A stretch of 64,000 bases of DNA, from NCBI GenBank assembly GCA_964016885.1, contig OZ024741.1:16306001-16370000 (forward strand). Direction: 5' to 3'. Below, one piece after another: positions 1-14,440 of the stretch; within the stretch, counting starts at the first letter, position 1; each line of letters starts with the position of its first letter. The DNA is from Eledone cirrhosa (Eukaryota). The notes below the pieces were generated by a model that was not told the DNA's origin, did no database searches, and saw only the letters and a program-made list of their open reading frames with translations. A program made the translations under genes and the position numbers.

Positions 1-2826
1 GTGATGGTGTTTGGTAGTGTGTGTAGTTGTGTGGTGGTGTTTGGGAGGGTGTATAATGGTGTGGTGGTGTTTGGGAGGGTGTATAGTGGTGTTTGGGAGG
101 GTGTGTTGTGGTGTGGTGGTGTTTTGGAGGGTGTATAATGGTGTTTGGGAGGGTGTGTTGTGGTGGTGTTTTGGAGGGTGTGTAGTGGTGTGGTGGTGTT
201 TGGGAGGGTGTATAGTGGTGTGGTGGTGTTTTGGAGGGTGTATAGTGGTGTTTGGGAGGGTGTGTAGTGGTGTGGTGGTGTTTTGGAAGGTGTATAGTGG
301 TGTTTGGGAGGGTGTGTAGTAGTGTGGTGGTGTTTTGGAGGGTGTATAGTGGTGTTTGGGAGGGTGTGTAGTGGTGTTTGGGAGGGTGTGTAGTGGTGTG
401 GTGGTGTTTGGGAGGGTGTATAGTGGTGTGTGGTGTTTTGGAGGGTGTATAGTGGTCTTTGGGAGGGTGTGTAGTGGTGTGGTGGTGTTTCGGAGGGTGT
501 ATAGTGGTGTTCGGGAGTGTGTGTAGTGGTGTGGTGGTGTTTTGGAGGGTGTATAGTGGTGTTTGGGAGTGTGTGTAGTGGTGTGGTGGTGTTTGGGAGG
601 GTTTATAGTGGTGTGGTGGTATTTTGGAGGGTGTATAGTGGTGTTTGGGAGGGTGTGTAATGGTGTGGTGGTGTTTTGGAGGGTGTATAGTGGTGTTTGG
701 GAGTGTGTGTAGTGGTGTGGTTGTGTTTGGAAGGGTGTATAGTGGTGTTTGGGAGGGTGTGTAGTGGTGTGGTGGTGTTTTGGAGGGTGTATAGTGGTGT
801 TTGGGAGGGTGTGTAATGGTGGGGTGGTGTTTTGGAGGGTGTATAGTGGTGTTTAGGAGTGTGTGTAGTGGTGTGGTGGTGTTTGGGAGGGTGTATAGTG
901 GTGTTTGGGAGTGTGTGTAGTGGTGTGGTGGTGTTTGGGAGGGTGTGTAGTGGTGTGGTGGTGTTGTGGAGGGTGTATAGTGGTGTTTGGGAGTGTGTGT
1001 AGTGGTGTGGTGGTATTTGGAAGGGTGTATAGTGGTGTTTGGGAGGGTGTGTAGTGGTGTGGTGGTGTTTGGGATGGTGTGTAGTGGTGTGGTGGTATTT
1101 TGGAGGGTGTATAGTGGTGTTTGGGAGGGTGTGTAATGGTGTGGTGGTGTTTTGGAGGGTGTATAGTGGTGTTTGGGAGTGTGTGTAGTGGTGTGGTGGT
1201 GTTTGGGAGGGTGTGTAGTGGTGTGGTGGTGTTGTGGAGGGTGTATAGTGGTGTTTGGGAGTGTGTGTAGTGGTGTGGTGGTGTTTTGGAGGGTGTATAG
1301 TGGTGTGGTGGTGTTTGGGAGGGTGTGTAGTGGTGTGGTGGTGTTTTGGAGGGTGTATAGTGGTGTTTGGGAGTGTGTGTAGTGGTGTGGTGGTGTTTGG
1401 AAGGGTTATAGTGGTGTGGTGGTGTTTGGGAGTGTGTGTAGTGGTGTGGTGGTGTTTGGAAGTGTGTATAGTGGTGTTTGGGAGGGTGTGTAGTGGTGTG
1501 GTGGTGTTTGGGACGGTTTATAGTGGTGTGGTGGTGTTTGGGAGGGTGTGTAGTGGTGTGGTGGTGTTTTGGAGGGTGTATAGTGGTGTCTGGGAGTGTG
1601 TGTAGTGGTGTGGTGGTGTTTGGAAGGGTTATAGTGGTGTGGTGGTGTTTGGGAGTGTGTGTAGTGGTGTGGTTGTGTTTGGAAGTGTGTATAGTGGTGT
1701 TTGGGAGTGTGTGTAGTGGTGTGGTGGTGTTTGGGTGGGTGTGTAGTGGTGTGGTGGTGTTTGGAAGTGTGTATAGTGGTGTTTGGGAGGGTGTGTAGTG
1801 GTGTGGTGGTGTTTGGGAGGGTGTGTAGTGGTGTGGTGGCGTTTTGGAGGGTTTATAGTGGTGTTTGGGAGTGTGTGTAGTGGTGTGGTGGTGTTTGGAA
1901 GGGTGTATAGTGGTGTTTGGGAGGGTGTGTAGTGGTGTGGTGGTGTTTGGGTGGGTGTGTAGTGGTGTGGTGGTGTTTGGAAGGGTGTATAGTGGTGTTT
2001 GGGAGGGTGTGTAGTGGTGTGGTGGTGTTTGGAAGGGTGTATAGTGGTGTTTGGGAGGGTGTGTAGTGGTGTGGTGGTGTTTGGGTGGGTGTGTAGTGGT
2101 GTGGTGGTGTTTGGAAGTGTGTATAGTGGTGTTTGGGAGGGTGTGTAGTGGTGTGGTGGTGTTTGGGAGGGTGTGTAGTGGTGTGGTGGGGTTTTGGAGG
2201 GTTTATAGTGGTGTTTGGGAGTGTGTGTAGTGGTGTGGTGGTGTTTGGAAGGGTGTATAGTGGTGTTTGGGAGGGTGTGTAGTGGTGTGGTGGTGTTTGG
2301 GTGGGTGTGTAGTGGTGTGGTGGTGTTTGGGTGGGTGTGTAGTGGTGTGGTGGTGTTTGGAAGGGTGTATAGTGGTGTTTGGGAGGGTGTGTAGTGGTGT
2401 GGTGGTGTTTGGAAGGGCGTATAGTGGTGTTTGGGAGGGTGTGTAGTGGTGTGGTGGTGTTTGGGATGGTGTGTAGTGGTGTGGTGGTGTTTTGGAGGGT
2501 TTATAGTGTTGTTTGGGAGGGTGTGTAGTGGTGTGGTGGTGTTTGGGATGGTGTGTAGTGGTGTGGTGGTGTTTTGGAGGGTTTATAGTGGTGTTTGGGA
2601 GGGTGTGTAGTGGTGTGGTGGTGTTTGGGATGGTGTATAGTGGTGTTTGGGAGGGTGTGTAGTGGTGTTTGGGAGGGTGTGTAGTGGTGTGGTGGTGTTT
2701 GGGTGGGTGTGTAGTGGTGTTTGGGAGGGTGTGTAGTGGTGTGGTGGTGTTTGGGAGGGTGTGTAGTGTTGTTTGGGAGGGTGTGTAGTGGTGTGGTGGT
2801 GTTTGGGTGGGTGTGTAGTGGTGTGG
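1..2826 (+). repeat. G/T-rich minisatellite of 22- and 30-bp related units (e.g. GTAGTGGTGTGGTGGTGTTTGGGAGGGTGT)
   Basis: Continuous degenerate tandem repetition, almost no C on + strand; overlapping ORFs are low-complexity artefacts. Confidence 0.95.
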
Positions 2827-2905
2827 CGAGTATACAGCGATGTGATGGTGCATGGAGTTTTGTGGAGGAGCCTGGATTTGTGAGATGTAATTAGAATAGG
2901 TATCA

Positions 2906-3529
2906 ACTCCCGTATCTATAGTCCATAGTAGTGGAGTTGTTTAGAGGAATGACGATAGACTCCCGTATCTATAGTCCATAGTAGTGGAGTTGTTTAGAGG
3001 AATGACGATAGACTCCCGTATCTATAGTCCATAGTAGTGGAGTTGTTTAGAGGAATGACGATAGACTCCCGTATCTATAGTCCATAGTAGTGGAGTTGTT
3101 TAGAGGAATGACGATAGACTCCCGTATCTATAGTCCATAGTAGTGGAGTTGTTTAGAGGAATGACGATAGACTCCCGTATCTATAGTCCATAGTAGTGGA
3201 GTTGTTTAGAGGAATGACGATAGACTCCCGTATCTATAGTCCATAGTAGTGGAGTTGTTTAGAGGAATGACGATAGACTCCCGTATCTATAGTCCATAGT
3301 AGTGGAGTTGTTTAGAGGAATGACGATAGACTCCCGTATCTATAGTCCATAGTAGTGGAGTTGTTTAGAGGAATGACGATAGACTCCCGTATCTATAGTC
3401 CATAGTAGTGGAGTTGTTTAGAGGAATGACGATAGACTCCCGTATCTATAGTCCATAGTATTGGAGATGTTTAGAGGAATGAAAATATACTCCCGTATCT
3501 ATAGTCCATAGTAGTGGAGTTGTTTAGAG
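2906..3529 (+). repeat. 53-bp tandem satellite, left part (~12 copies)
   Basis: Unit ACTCCCGTATCTATAGTCCATAGTAGTGGAGTTGTTTAGAGGAATGACGATAG starts at 2906, 2959, ... 3489; no variable spacers. Confidence 0.95.
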
Positions 3530-6500
3530 CAGTGGTCGCCAACATGGGTTCCGCGGAACCTTGGGGTTCCGTAACACAAACTCCGGGTTCCTTAAAAAAT
3601 AAATATTTACATTACCATTAATATTTGGGGTTTTCTGAATAAGGTGCAACGAAAATGCCAAAGGTGCAATGTATAAATGAACAAGTACTATTGTAGTGTA
3701 CACAGGTTCGCCACTCCAATTCGTGGAAAACACTACTTTCAGTTTCTCACTTGAATTATCAGAAAAACACTGTTCTGAGATTCGTGGAAATTGAATACTT
3801 TCAATTTCACATCAATTCTTGGAAAGACATAGTTTTCTGAATTCCGAGAATTTGATTACTACTGATAATACACTAATTGAACTTAGAAATTGACCAATCA
3901 CGAACAAGTAAATGTTGGTCGATGACAGCATAACTTTAAACTGAAAACTTCAGTTCAGCGAGGTCTCTCAGCCAAGAGGCAGTGTCAGTTCGCTGTTCTC
4001 ACAACGTAAGTTCAGTAGAATGTTTTCAATAGAGAACACGTTTTAATCTGCTGCCCTCACAAAAACTTTAAAGTCGTCTAAAGTTTCCTCACTGAGTGAA
4101 CTCGCTTACTAGTCGTTTTCAACATGCATCCAGTTCCACAGACATTCTAAATAAGAACATGTTACATTCTTTTGTACTTTGCACAGAAAATATAATGCCT
4201 GTAAAGTTTTGACTACTAACAAAGGTAATTTTGTATTCCATGCATACACTATAAACTTTGCCACACAATTATGTATTCATTTGATGAAATATATTTACAT
4301 TACCAATAATATTTAATACGACCCTAAAGTAGTATATGCAGGAAGTGCTGGACTCTGAAAAAAATTTCTTCTAGTTGTTCATAAATTTGCACCTTTTTCA
4401 GTAACCTCTAATATTTTAATATTATTATAAGACTTTAAATAATATGTTTGCCATCCTAAAATGGAGAAATTTCAATTTTTAAAAATTAAAATTTTTTTTT
4501 AACTAGTTAAGTTTTTCCAAATATCTAAAATTAAAGTTAATTTAAGTACTTTTTGTAATTAAAAAAACTTAATTTCTCTTGTTCATTAATGTCATATTAA
4601 AAATGTTAACTGTAGATAAATAACATTGATATGATGTCTACTGCAAAGAAGCTGAAGTTAGATACCAGCAGTAAGGTTAGACAGTGGTGTGATGATTATG
4701 TTAGATATGGATTTCAAAAAGCTGACACTAAAAAAGATACACCAGCCCATGTGTTTGCTATGTTCAAAAGTTCTATCAAATAGCTGTTTAAATCCTGCAA
4801 AACTTAAAAGAAACATTGATACTAATCACACCAATGATAAAAACAAGTCACTGGAATACTTTACTTCGCTGAAAAACAACATTAAAAAATCACAAGCTAA
4901 TATGTATGACTTGTTTTGTAAAAAGTTAGATAGAAATAAAGCTTTAACAAGAACATCTTTTGAGATTTCACATTTGATTGGTAAAAACAAGAAACCATTT
5001 ACATTAGGAGAACAGTTAATTCTGCCAAGTATAAAAATTGCTACAGAGAATCTTTTTGAAAGCTGCAGTATTAAGGACAAAGAAAAATTAAGCCAGTTAC
5101 CATTGTCAGCAAATACCGTAAAAAGAGGGATAATTGATATTTCTTCTGATATAGAAAATCAGATACTAACTGCACTAAAGAAAAGCCCATGTTTTGGACT
5201 GCAAGTGGACGAAACTACGGATATTAATAACAAGGCTCAATTAATTTGCTGTGTACGGTGTGTAGACCTTGATAAAAAAAGAATTAGTAGAAGAGTATTT
5301 GTTTTGTCTGGCATTAGACATCACAACTAAAGGTCAAGATATATTCAATAAAATTGAAGAGTATTTTTTTTAAAATGGTGTATCTTGGAGCAAGTTGACT
5401 TCAATAACAACAGATGGAGCAGCTGCAATGACTGGTAAAAATTCTGGTTTGATTGCAAAAATTAAAGAACAGACCCCAAATTGTATTTCAAATCATTGTA
5501 TGATTCATCGAGAGGTTTTGTGTTAAAAAAAATCTAAAGACAGAGATGCTCAAATATTAAATGACCAGCTGAAAGACATTGTCAAAATTATCAATTTGAT
5601 CCATGCAAGAGCAAAAAATTCTAGAATGTTTGAATCTATTTGTGAATCTTCTGGAAGTAATTATAATAGATTGTTATTGAACAATGATGTGCGTTGGCTG
5701 TCTTTTGGGGATGCTATGAAGAGAGTTTTTGAACTGAGAGAAGAAATAATAGTTTTTCTAAAAAAACAGAATGATGAAAGAGTAAGTGTATTAGAAACCA
5801 ATGAATGGAATGTGCAACTCGCTTATTTAGTAGACATTTTTGGTGAACTGAACAAACTAAATAAGTGTCTTCAGGGTAACAATGCAGATAATTTTACTTC
5901 AATCAATTTTATTACATATTTTCAATCAAAATTAAACATCTTTATAAAAAGAATTGAATCGGATAATTACTTTCAAACCTTGAAATAGAGCTTAAAAAGA
6001 GAGAAAATGTTGACTCCAGCAATCTAAAGAAGATTATTCTTTCTCATTTAAATGTGCTTTCCACAGGTTTTTCAGATTATTTTGACTTTATGGAAAAAGA
6101 TATTGTTAGCGGAAATTTATGGTTAAAAAACCCGTGTCAGAAAATGACGCTGGAAATTGTAAAAATTTACTACCTGCCCAATGCTTACATCAGTTGATGG
6201 ATTTGAATTCAAACGAAGACCTGAAAGTGATATTCGAAAGCAGAAAGAGAGAACTATGGATCGACTTATTCTTGATTGGGTAGTTTAATGAAATCAGCCA
6301 ACTTGCATTGAAGTATTTGACTTTATTCCCATCTAGCTATTTGTGCGAAAAAGGGTTTTCGCAGTTGGTGGAAATCTGCACAAAGAAGAGGAATAAACTG
6401 ACAGCAATTGACGAGTGTATGAGACTGGCATTAACTAGTGTTGAACCTCGATTTTCTAAACTCACTGATGAGGCGCAGCAGCAGAAAAGCCATTGTGTTC

Positions 6501-6599
6501 GATTACATACACACGCATGAAACACTAAAATAAATAAATACTTGAAGAATTCAAAATATTTAGAGGGTTCCTCGGTTTTAGAAAGGTTGGCGACCACTG
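3530..6599 (+). mobile_element. hAT DNA transposon, Charlie/Buster group, both ends present
   Basis: 14-bp TIRs CAGTGGTCGCCAAC / GTTGGCGACCACTG; 8-bp TSD GTTTAGAG at 3522-3529 and 6600-6607; internal transposase remnants. Confidence 0.95.
4631..6520 (+). pseudogene. Disrupted hAT (Buster/ZBED5-like) transposase
   Basis: Fragments with BED-like CLLC, LQVDETTD (catalytic D), TDGAAAM, HCMIHRE, VRWLS, LAYLVDIF and FPSSYLCEKGFS; split by frameshifts and stops. Confidence 0.9.
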
Positions 6600-6770
6600 G
6601 TTTAGAGGAATGACGATAGACTCCCGTATCTATAGTCCATAGTAGTGGAGTTGTTTAGAGGAATGAAGATATACTTCCGTAACTATAGTCCATAGTAGTG
6701 GAGCTGTTTCAAGGAATGAAGATATACTCCCGTATCTATAGTCCGTAGTAGTGGAGTTGTGTTTTGAGGA
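6600..6770 (+). repeat. 53-bp satellite, right part (~3 more diverged copies)
   Basis: Array resumes in register immediately after the hAT TSD. Confidence 0.9.
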
Positions 6771-6799
6771 ATAAAAAGGATTTCCACAACTACGACGTT

Positions 6800-7170
6800 T
6801 GAAGTGAAGTGTCACCAGAACAGCATTTGACAACGGGACAGAAATATTCTATAAACCGTCACAAAATCTTCTGTACTATTCCAAGCCTTCTGTGAGATTT
6901 CTACATCACAGGCAAACTTGATTTGGACTTAGATGTGTGATGAACAAGAAATGACTTTAGTTTCAACTCTCGTATGACATTCACTTTTAACAACAGTTTT
7001 AGACGATCTTAGTGTGGATTAGTGGTTTGGAAGTTGAATTCGCAATCGTGATTCTTGGATCAAGCATGACACTTTATTTCACGTTGCTCTTTCTGCCAGG
7101 ACTTGCGACGAGTAGATGGTATCAGTTATGGAAAGACCGATGGAAACCTTGTTTCCTTGGCTCGATTTGA
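6800..7170 (+). mobile_element. Possible highly decayed CRE-like LINE endonuclease fragment
   Basis: Frameshifted PGLRRVDG...GK(R)PDG..TLFPW-like string near 7095-7160. Confidence 0.35.
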
Positions 7171-7709
7171 CGAGTCCCAACACCAACCACCCACACACAC
7201 ACTCGATATGCGAATAAGTTCTGAGATCTTTTCGATTGTTAAAAAAAAATACCTTAGCAATGCCGTCTTACGATTTGAACACACTAAGCTCAGGGTCCCG
7301 ATGAAAATCTATGTATGTTATGGTTGTGGTTGTGTATGTTAGACCTCCAGCGCATTGCTTTTCTCGAGGGTGGGGCCACTACGTCCAATGGTCCAATATT
7401 AATCTATATATGCTGTGGTTGTATATATTGAGGCCCCATTGCTTTACCCAGGGGTCCGCCTTGCCTAAGAGCCAAATTCTAATATATGTTGTGTAAATAG
7501 GGGCGCCAGGGCATTGGTTTGCCGGGGGAGGGGTGTAATCCTGTTAAGATAACTAGGTATTCTGGTGTGGGTTTCCCCACTCTTCAGATAACATAGTCCA
7601 CATTTATCTACATAAAAGTGAGCTTTTGCTGGATATTAACCGCTTTTTATAATAAGCCACAGTTGTGATGGAAATTCTTGGGCAATCTTTATAACACAGC
7701 AACACACAC

Positions 7710-9660
<1,951 letters not shown>

Positions 9661-9665
<5 letters not shown>

Positions 9666-10488
9666 TAAATTCAGCGAGAATCGTATTTCGGCTGGTAGAA
9701 AAAGCGAAACGAAACGCAAAATCGTAGAAATACTGGCAAGCGCTCCAATAGTTAAGAAAACTAGAGCTAAACAATATGTTAAAACGCTATACAAACTGAA
9801 AAGTAGTCAGGAAGGCATTAACCACCTAAGCCAAAAAACAAATCAAGCTAAACAGGTCAAACAAAATAAATGATAAAGACAGACCTGGTCCCAAGTGGAA
9901 TTGATGGTAAAATCCAAATGCAGGGTTTCTATGACACCTAAATCAATAATACTGTCTGCTTAAAACTATAACCTTTCAGCATAAAGATCGAACAAGGAAT
10001 ATCACGTTATCAACAGGTATTTTGCTCTGTAACCAACTTTGTGAGTGACGCAGAACTTTGTAAAAGCACATGTGTAAGTCACAAGGGGAAATTCCCCAGA
10101 TTTTGGCAAATGAATTCAGTATGTGTATATCATACAAAAAATTTCATAGATAGCACAAATCGAATAAGCACTCAACCGGGTAGTTTTTAAAATAAACTTA
10201 AGCAATAGAATTGTCAATAGAATTATTAACAGGTTAATTGTAAGACTCGGGATATTAATACAAATATAAATTCAGCGAGAATCGTATTTCGGCTGGTAGA
10301 AAAAGCGAAACGAAACGCAAAATCGTAGAAATGCTGGCAAGCGCTCCAATAGTTAAGAAAACTAGAGCTAAACAATATGTTAAAACGCCATACAAACTGA
10401 AAAAATGGTCAAGAAGGCATTAACCACCTAAGCCAAAAAACAAATCAAGCTAAACAGGTCAAACAAAATAAATGATAAAGACAGACCT
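9661..10488 (-). mobile_element. PLE pLTR-like module: ~227-bp direct repeats (9661-9887, 10262-10488) within (TA)n
   Basis: Near-identical repeats with 601-bp period; TTGAGTGCT tail motif on - strand at 10167-10175; no clear HHR core found. Confidence 0.5.
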
Positions 10489-10502
10489 ATATATATATAT
10501 AT

Positions 10503-12057
10503 ATATTAAGACAGGGGGGAAGAAAAAATGGCTTCACTTGTGCTTTCAACAAATTTATTTTCTTCACAAAATCCAAAAAGAATTTTTCTTAAAAAAAATT
10601 ATTTTATAAATTAAGTTGTTGGTTGTTGGTTAGGTCTTAGGAGTTCTTGGTTAACGTAGGGGTATTGTTTCGTTTTTAGAAAGACTTTTCACGCTGAGGT
10701 GGGCTTGTCAAACTGATGTGTATGTGGTGTGTTGTTCTATATATAGGGATTTAACATGTCTGTGGTGTGGTGGGGGTTTCTTTTCTCCCCCTTTAATAAG
10801 TGCATGGGTGTAGGTGTGTTGAAAAAGTGTTCATAGCAGTAATGAGTTGAGACGGTGAGTAGGGTTGGGTGGGGAGAAATGTAGCAAGTGCGGCCTGCCC
10901 CGGTCATTCTCGAAAAATTCCTTTATTCAGGGAAAAAAGCTTTTAGAATTGCTTTTGTGTTGAGAATGGTCACAGGCAAATCGCACCTGTCAAGCTTGTG
11001 AATAATTATTTTTTTCTTTTTTTCCCTGAAGAATTTTTCTACGTCCATTTTTCTGCGTGTGTATGTGTGTGTGTGTGTGTATGTGTGCGTGTATGTGTAT
11101 ATATGTATATTTAGTTATGTATCTTTATGTGTGTATATGTATGTATATGTATGTATGTATATGTATGTATATATGTATATATATATATATATATGTGTGT
11201 GTGTATATATATTTATATGTGTGTATATGTGTGTGTATGTGTATATGTATGTATATATATATATATGTATGTATGTATGTATGTATATATATATATATAC
11301 CCATGTGGAGGTATGAGTACATATTCGTGTGTGTACGTATGTGTATGTGTGTTTTTATATGTGTCTCTATATGTTTTTGTGTATGTATGTGGATGTATTT
11401 GTACATGGGTGTGTGATTGATGGTGTGTGCCTATATATTCCTACATATGCCCGTGTGTGTATGTACGTATATACGCACATATGTGTGTGTTGAACAAAGG
11501 ACTAACTTTGGGATGGACGTAGAAAAATTCTTCAGGGAAAAAAAAAAAAAAAGAATTATTCACAAACTTGACAGGTGCGATTTGCCTGTGACCATTCTCA
11601 ACACAAAAGCAATTCTAAAAGCTTTTTCCCCTGAATAAAGGAATTTTTCGAGAATGACCGGGGCAGGCCGCACTTGCTACATTTCTCCCCACCCAACCCT
11701 ACTCACCGTCTCAACTCATTACTGCTATGAACACTTTTTCAACACACCTACACCCATGCACTTATTAAAGGGGGAGAAAAGAAACCCCCACCACACCACA
11801 GACATGTTAAATCCCTATATATAGAACAACACACCACATACACATCAGTTTGACAAGCGCACCTCAGCGTGAAAGGTCTTTCTAAAAACGAAACAATACC
11901 TCCTACGTTAACCAAGAACTCCTAAGACCTAACCAACAACCAACAACTTAATTTATAAAATAATTTTTTTAAGAAAAATTCTTTTTGGATTTTGTGAAGA
12001 AAATAAATTTGTTGAAAGCACAAATGAAGCCATTTTTTCTTCCCCCCTGTCTTAATA
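10503..12057. repeat. ~545-bp inverted repeat pair (10503-11047 / 11513-12057), PLE pLTR-like
   Basis: Arms are near-exact reverse complements around a microsatellite spacer; degenerate HHR-like motif at 11846-11885. Confidence 0.85.
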
Positions 12058-12088
12058 TACCTAACTGTACCAAGGATTACACACATTT

Positions 12089-12144
<56 letters not shown>

Positions 12145-12375
12145 TGCACACATATGGTTATTTTTTCATCACGTGGCTTGAATTCTTTTCAGAATTCATT
12201 GACCTGCGCATGTATTGTTTTTTTGGCATTAGTCTCCTTCCTCCTATTTTCGAGACAGTGTGAGATTTTTTTTAGAACTGCTGGACTAACAACCTAGCAA
12301 CTCCCTCAAGCACTGATGGCGATTATCGCTAAATATTGATGTTGATTTGGTTATCAATATTAATATTATTGGGCA

Positions 12376-12498
12376 CCCACTGAAGAATTATATGAGTCCA
12401 CTTGAATAAGTATCTGTTGATCTTATACAAGCTTCTACATAAATTGGTATAATTTCACCCAACTTGTAGAAATCTTATAGTGAAACGAGTCGTCTGGG
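12376..12498 (+). ncRNA. Type I hammerhead ribozyme with long branched stem II
   Basis: CCCA-CTGAAGA-[ATTATA...TATAGT with two internal hairpins]-GAA-ACGAGTCGT-C^-TGGG; GUC triplet. Confidence 0.75.
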
Positions 12499-12669
12499 AA
12501 GAGATATATTTGATATGTCTCATATGAAATGATACAGCCAATTCTCCACACAATACAATATAGTTAGCACCCCGAACGTTTAATTAGGAATATACTCAGA
12601 TATTTCCTAATGTTTGTTGAGTGAGTTGGAATTTGGCCGGAGTATCGCTATTAGCTTTCTCCGATTATG

Positions 12670-12706
<37 letters not shown>

Positions 12707-12867
12707 CCCTCAAATACATGTCTCCTTGTGGTTGGTTGGAGGATATACACGTCACCTGATGAGTGTCCAATAAGATCCGAAAAGCGATTAAAGATGTTTA
12801 TTATTTTTTTTCAATTTACAGGGAATTTATATAAATATATACTTATATAAATATATACTGTGTATAT

Positions 12868-13258
12868 ATAGCTTACGGTCTTCAAAATGCTTTTAATTAA
12901 GCATAAAGTGTATTGCAAAATACATTATATATACATCCATATATATATTGCTATTTCAGAGCTCCAATTCTAATTTTTAATTTCTGCCTGACCAACAACC
13001 GCTCTGCATAATCAGCTCCTGATTATTTACTAGATTTCTATAAGAATATAACATCATTGATCTCAGTAGATAGGTGGGGTAGTTGGCCTTGATAAGCTTC
13101 AATCTCCCCTGTTTGCTGAGATCAAAGTGAGTGAATTTGTCACTACTTTAAAACAATAGCTTACGGTCTTCAAAATGCTTTTAATTAAGCATAAAGTGTA
13201 TTGCAAAATACATTATATATACATCCATATATATATTGCTATTTCAGAGCTCCAATTC
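12868..13258. repeat. ~102-bp direct repeat, 288-bp period
   Basis: ATAGCTTACGGTCTTCAAAATG...GAGCTCCAATTC at 12868-12970 and 13156-13258. Confidence 0.85.
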
Positions 13259-13355
13259 AAATATATGTATATACATATATGTATGTATATATATATGTAT
13301 ACGTGGAAAAATAAATATAGGAGAACAAACCATTAAAACATGTTTATTTAAAATA

Positions 13356-13395
13356 GCACCTACGTACGTTTCGCCCGAATGGGCTTCTCAAGCGC
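13356..13395 (-). ncRNA. Minimal type I HHR, U3-A8 core variant
   Basis: GCGC-TTGAGAA-GCCC ATTC GGGC-GAA-ACGTACGT-A^-GGTGC; stem I needs a 1-nt bulge. Confidence 0.65.
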
Positions 13396-13774
13396 ATAAA
13401 TAACTAAAAAGTGTTCCTTACATGACTCGGAATGGTTTTTTAGAGATAAGTTCACGTCAGAGTTCATTCTTCGTAAAAAAAAAAACATGTATTGATTTTG
13501 CAGTAGGTCAAGGGAGATAACTCTGGCCGGTGTTAAGGCAGTCTTTTCCGGACAAATCTTTTATCCGTTACCAGTATGTGGATACTATCTTACCGTTGTC
13601 GATACGCACAGGGTCAGGTATGCAACGTTTGTTTCGAGACGTTTGTTTGCAGCGCCTGCCCACCTGGGTCGATTCATGCCGGGTTTGGGATGCATGGTTA
13701 GTTTCCGGATGTTTTTTGCAGCGCCTGCCCGCCGGGGTGTTAAAGCTTGGTGCAGGGAGACCCGGTTTACGGTT

Positions 13775-14270
13775 TCACTCCTCGTCCTTATTCCATCTGG
13801 AGTAGGATATTTTTAAGCGGTGTGTTAGGCTTATCGTCGTTTCAGCTCTGCTGTTGATGAGCTCGTGGGGTGCCGTTATGATGTGGTAGAGCTCTATGAG
13901 GCAAAGCTCGCACTCCCTCTTGAAGTTGTACGGTGCAGCCCTGCCGACAATTTCCCAGTGCGTGGAGAAGCTGATGTTTGAGTCTTTTAATGCTGTGATG
14001 TAGTTCGCGAGCGAAGTGGAGTGTCTTAGTTTCTTGTTTGCGAAAGAGTAGAGATGTGTTCGAAATCTAAATTTGTACGGGCCAGAGGTAGCCCCTATAT
14101 AATGTTTAACGCTATTATGGCTAGTTACGGTGCACTTATATATAACCCTATCAGTCAAGCAGTTCCCCCTAAGGGGGCAGCGTCCCCTGTCGCGGCAGTT
14201 GCTTCTAGTTCCCACGGTAAGGCAATTATTATTGCTATCTACGTTGTTACCTACGTTCCCACACCTGTCA
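13775..14270 (-). pseudogene. PLE C-terminal GIY-YIG endonuclease domain (Nematis-like)
   Basis: NCR..CPLRGNCL..VIYKC..HYIGAT..KFRFRTH..STSLANY..WEI..APY..CELCLIE..INSRAE; the N-terminal ~20 aa of the called ORF come from the inverted pLTR. Confidence 0.88.
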
Positions 14271-14400
14271 TTAGCACCATTATAACCCACTGCGTACGGG
14301 GTGGTACCATTATTATTTTTACGAGGAATGAACTCTGACGTGAACTTATCTCTAAAAAAACCATTCCGAGTCATGTAAGGAACACTTTTTAGTTATTTAT

Positions 14401-14440
14401 GTGCTTGAGAAGCCCATACGGGCGAAACGTACGTAGGTGC
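14401..14440 (+). ncRNA. Minimal type I HHR, U3-A8 variant (inverted copy)
   Basis: GTGC-TTGAGAA-GCCC ATAC GGGC-GAA-ACGTACGT-A^-GGTGC. Confidence 0.6.

Noticed and set aside
11-2906. Val/Trp/Cys- and His/Thr/Pro-rich ORFs
   Set aside because: Translations of the minisatellite
2906-3529. CRISPR-like regular array
   Set aside because: Units are identical 53-mers with no unique spacers, no cas genes, eukaryotic context
12309-12345. HHR-like CTGATGG-CGATTATCG-CTAAA
   Set aside because: Both core halves are mutated and stems I and III are not supported
12751-12796. CTGATGA...GAAA possible HHR
   Set aside because: Core present but stems I and II pair poorly; at most a decayed copy
13078-13146. 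TTGATAA possible further U3-A8 core
   Set aside because: No GAAA at the required position and stem I is out of register
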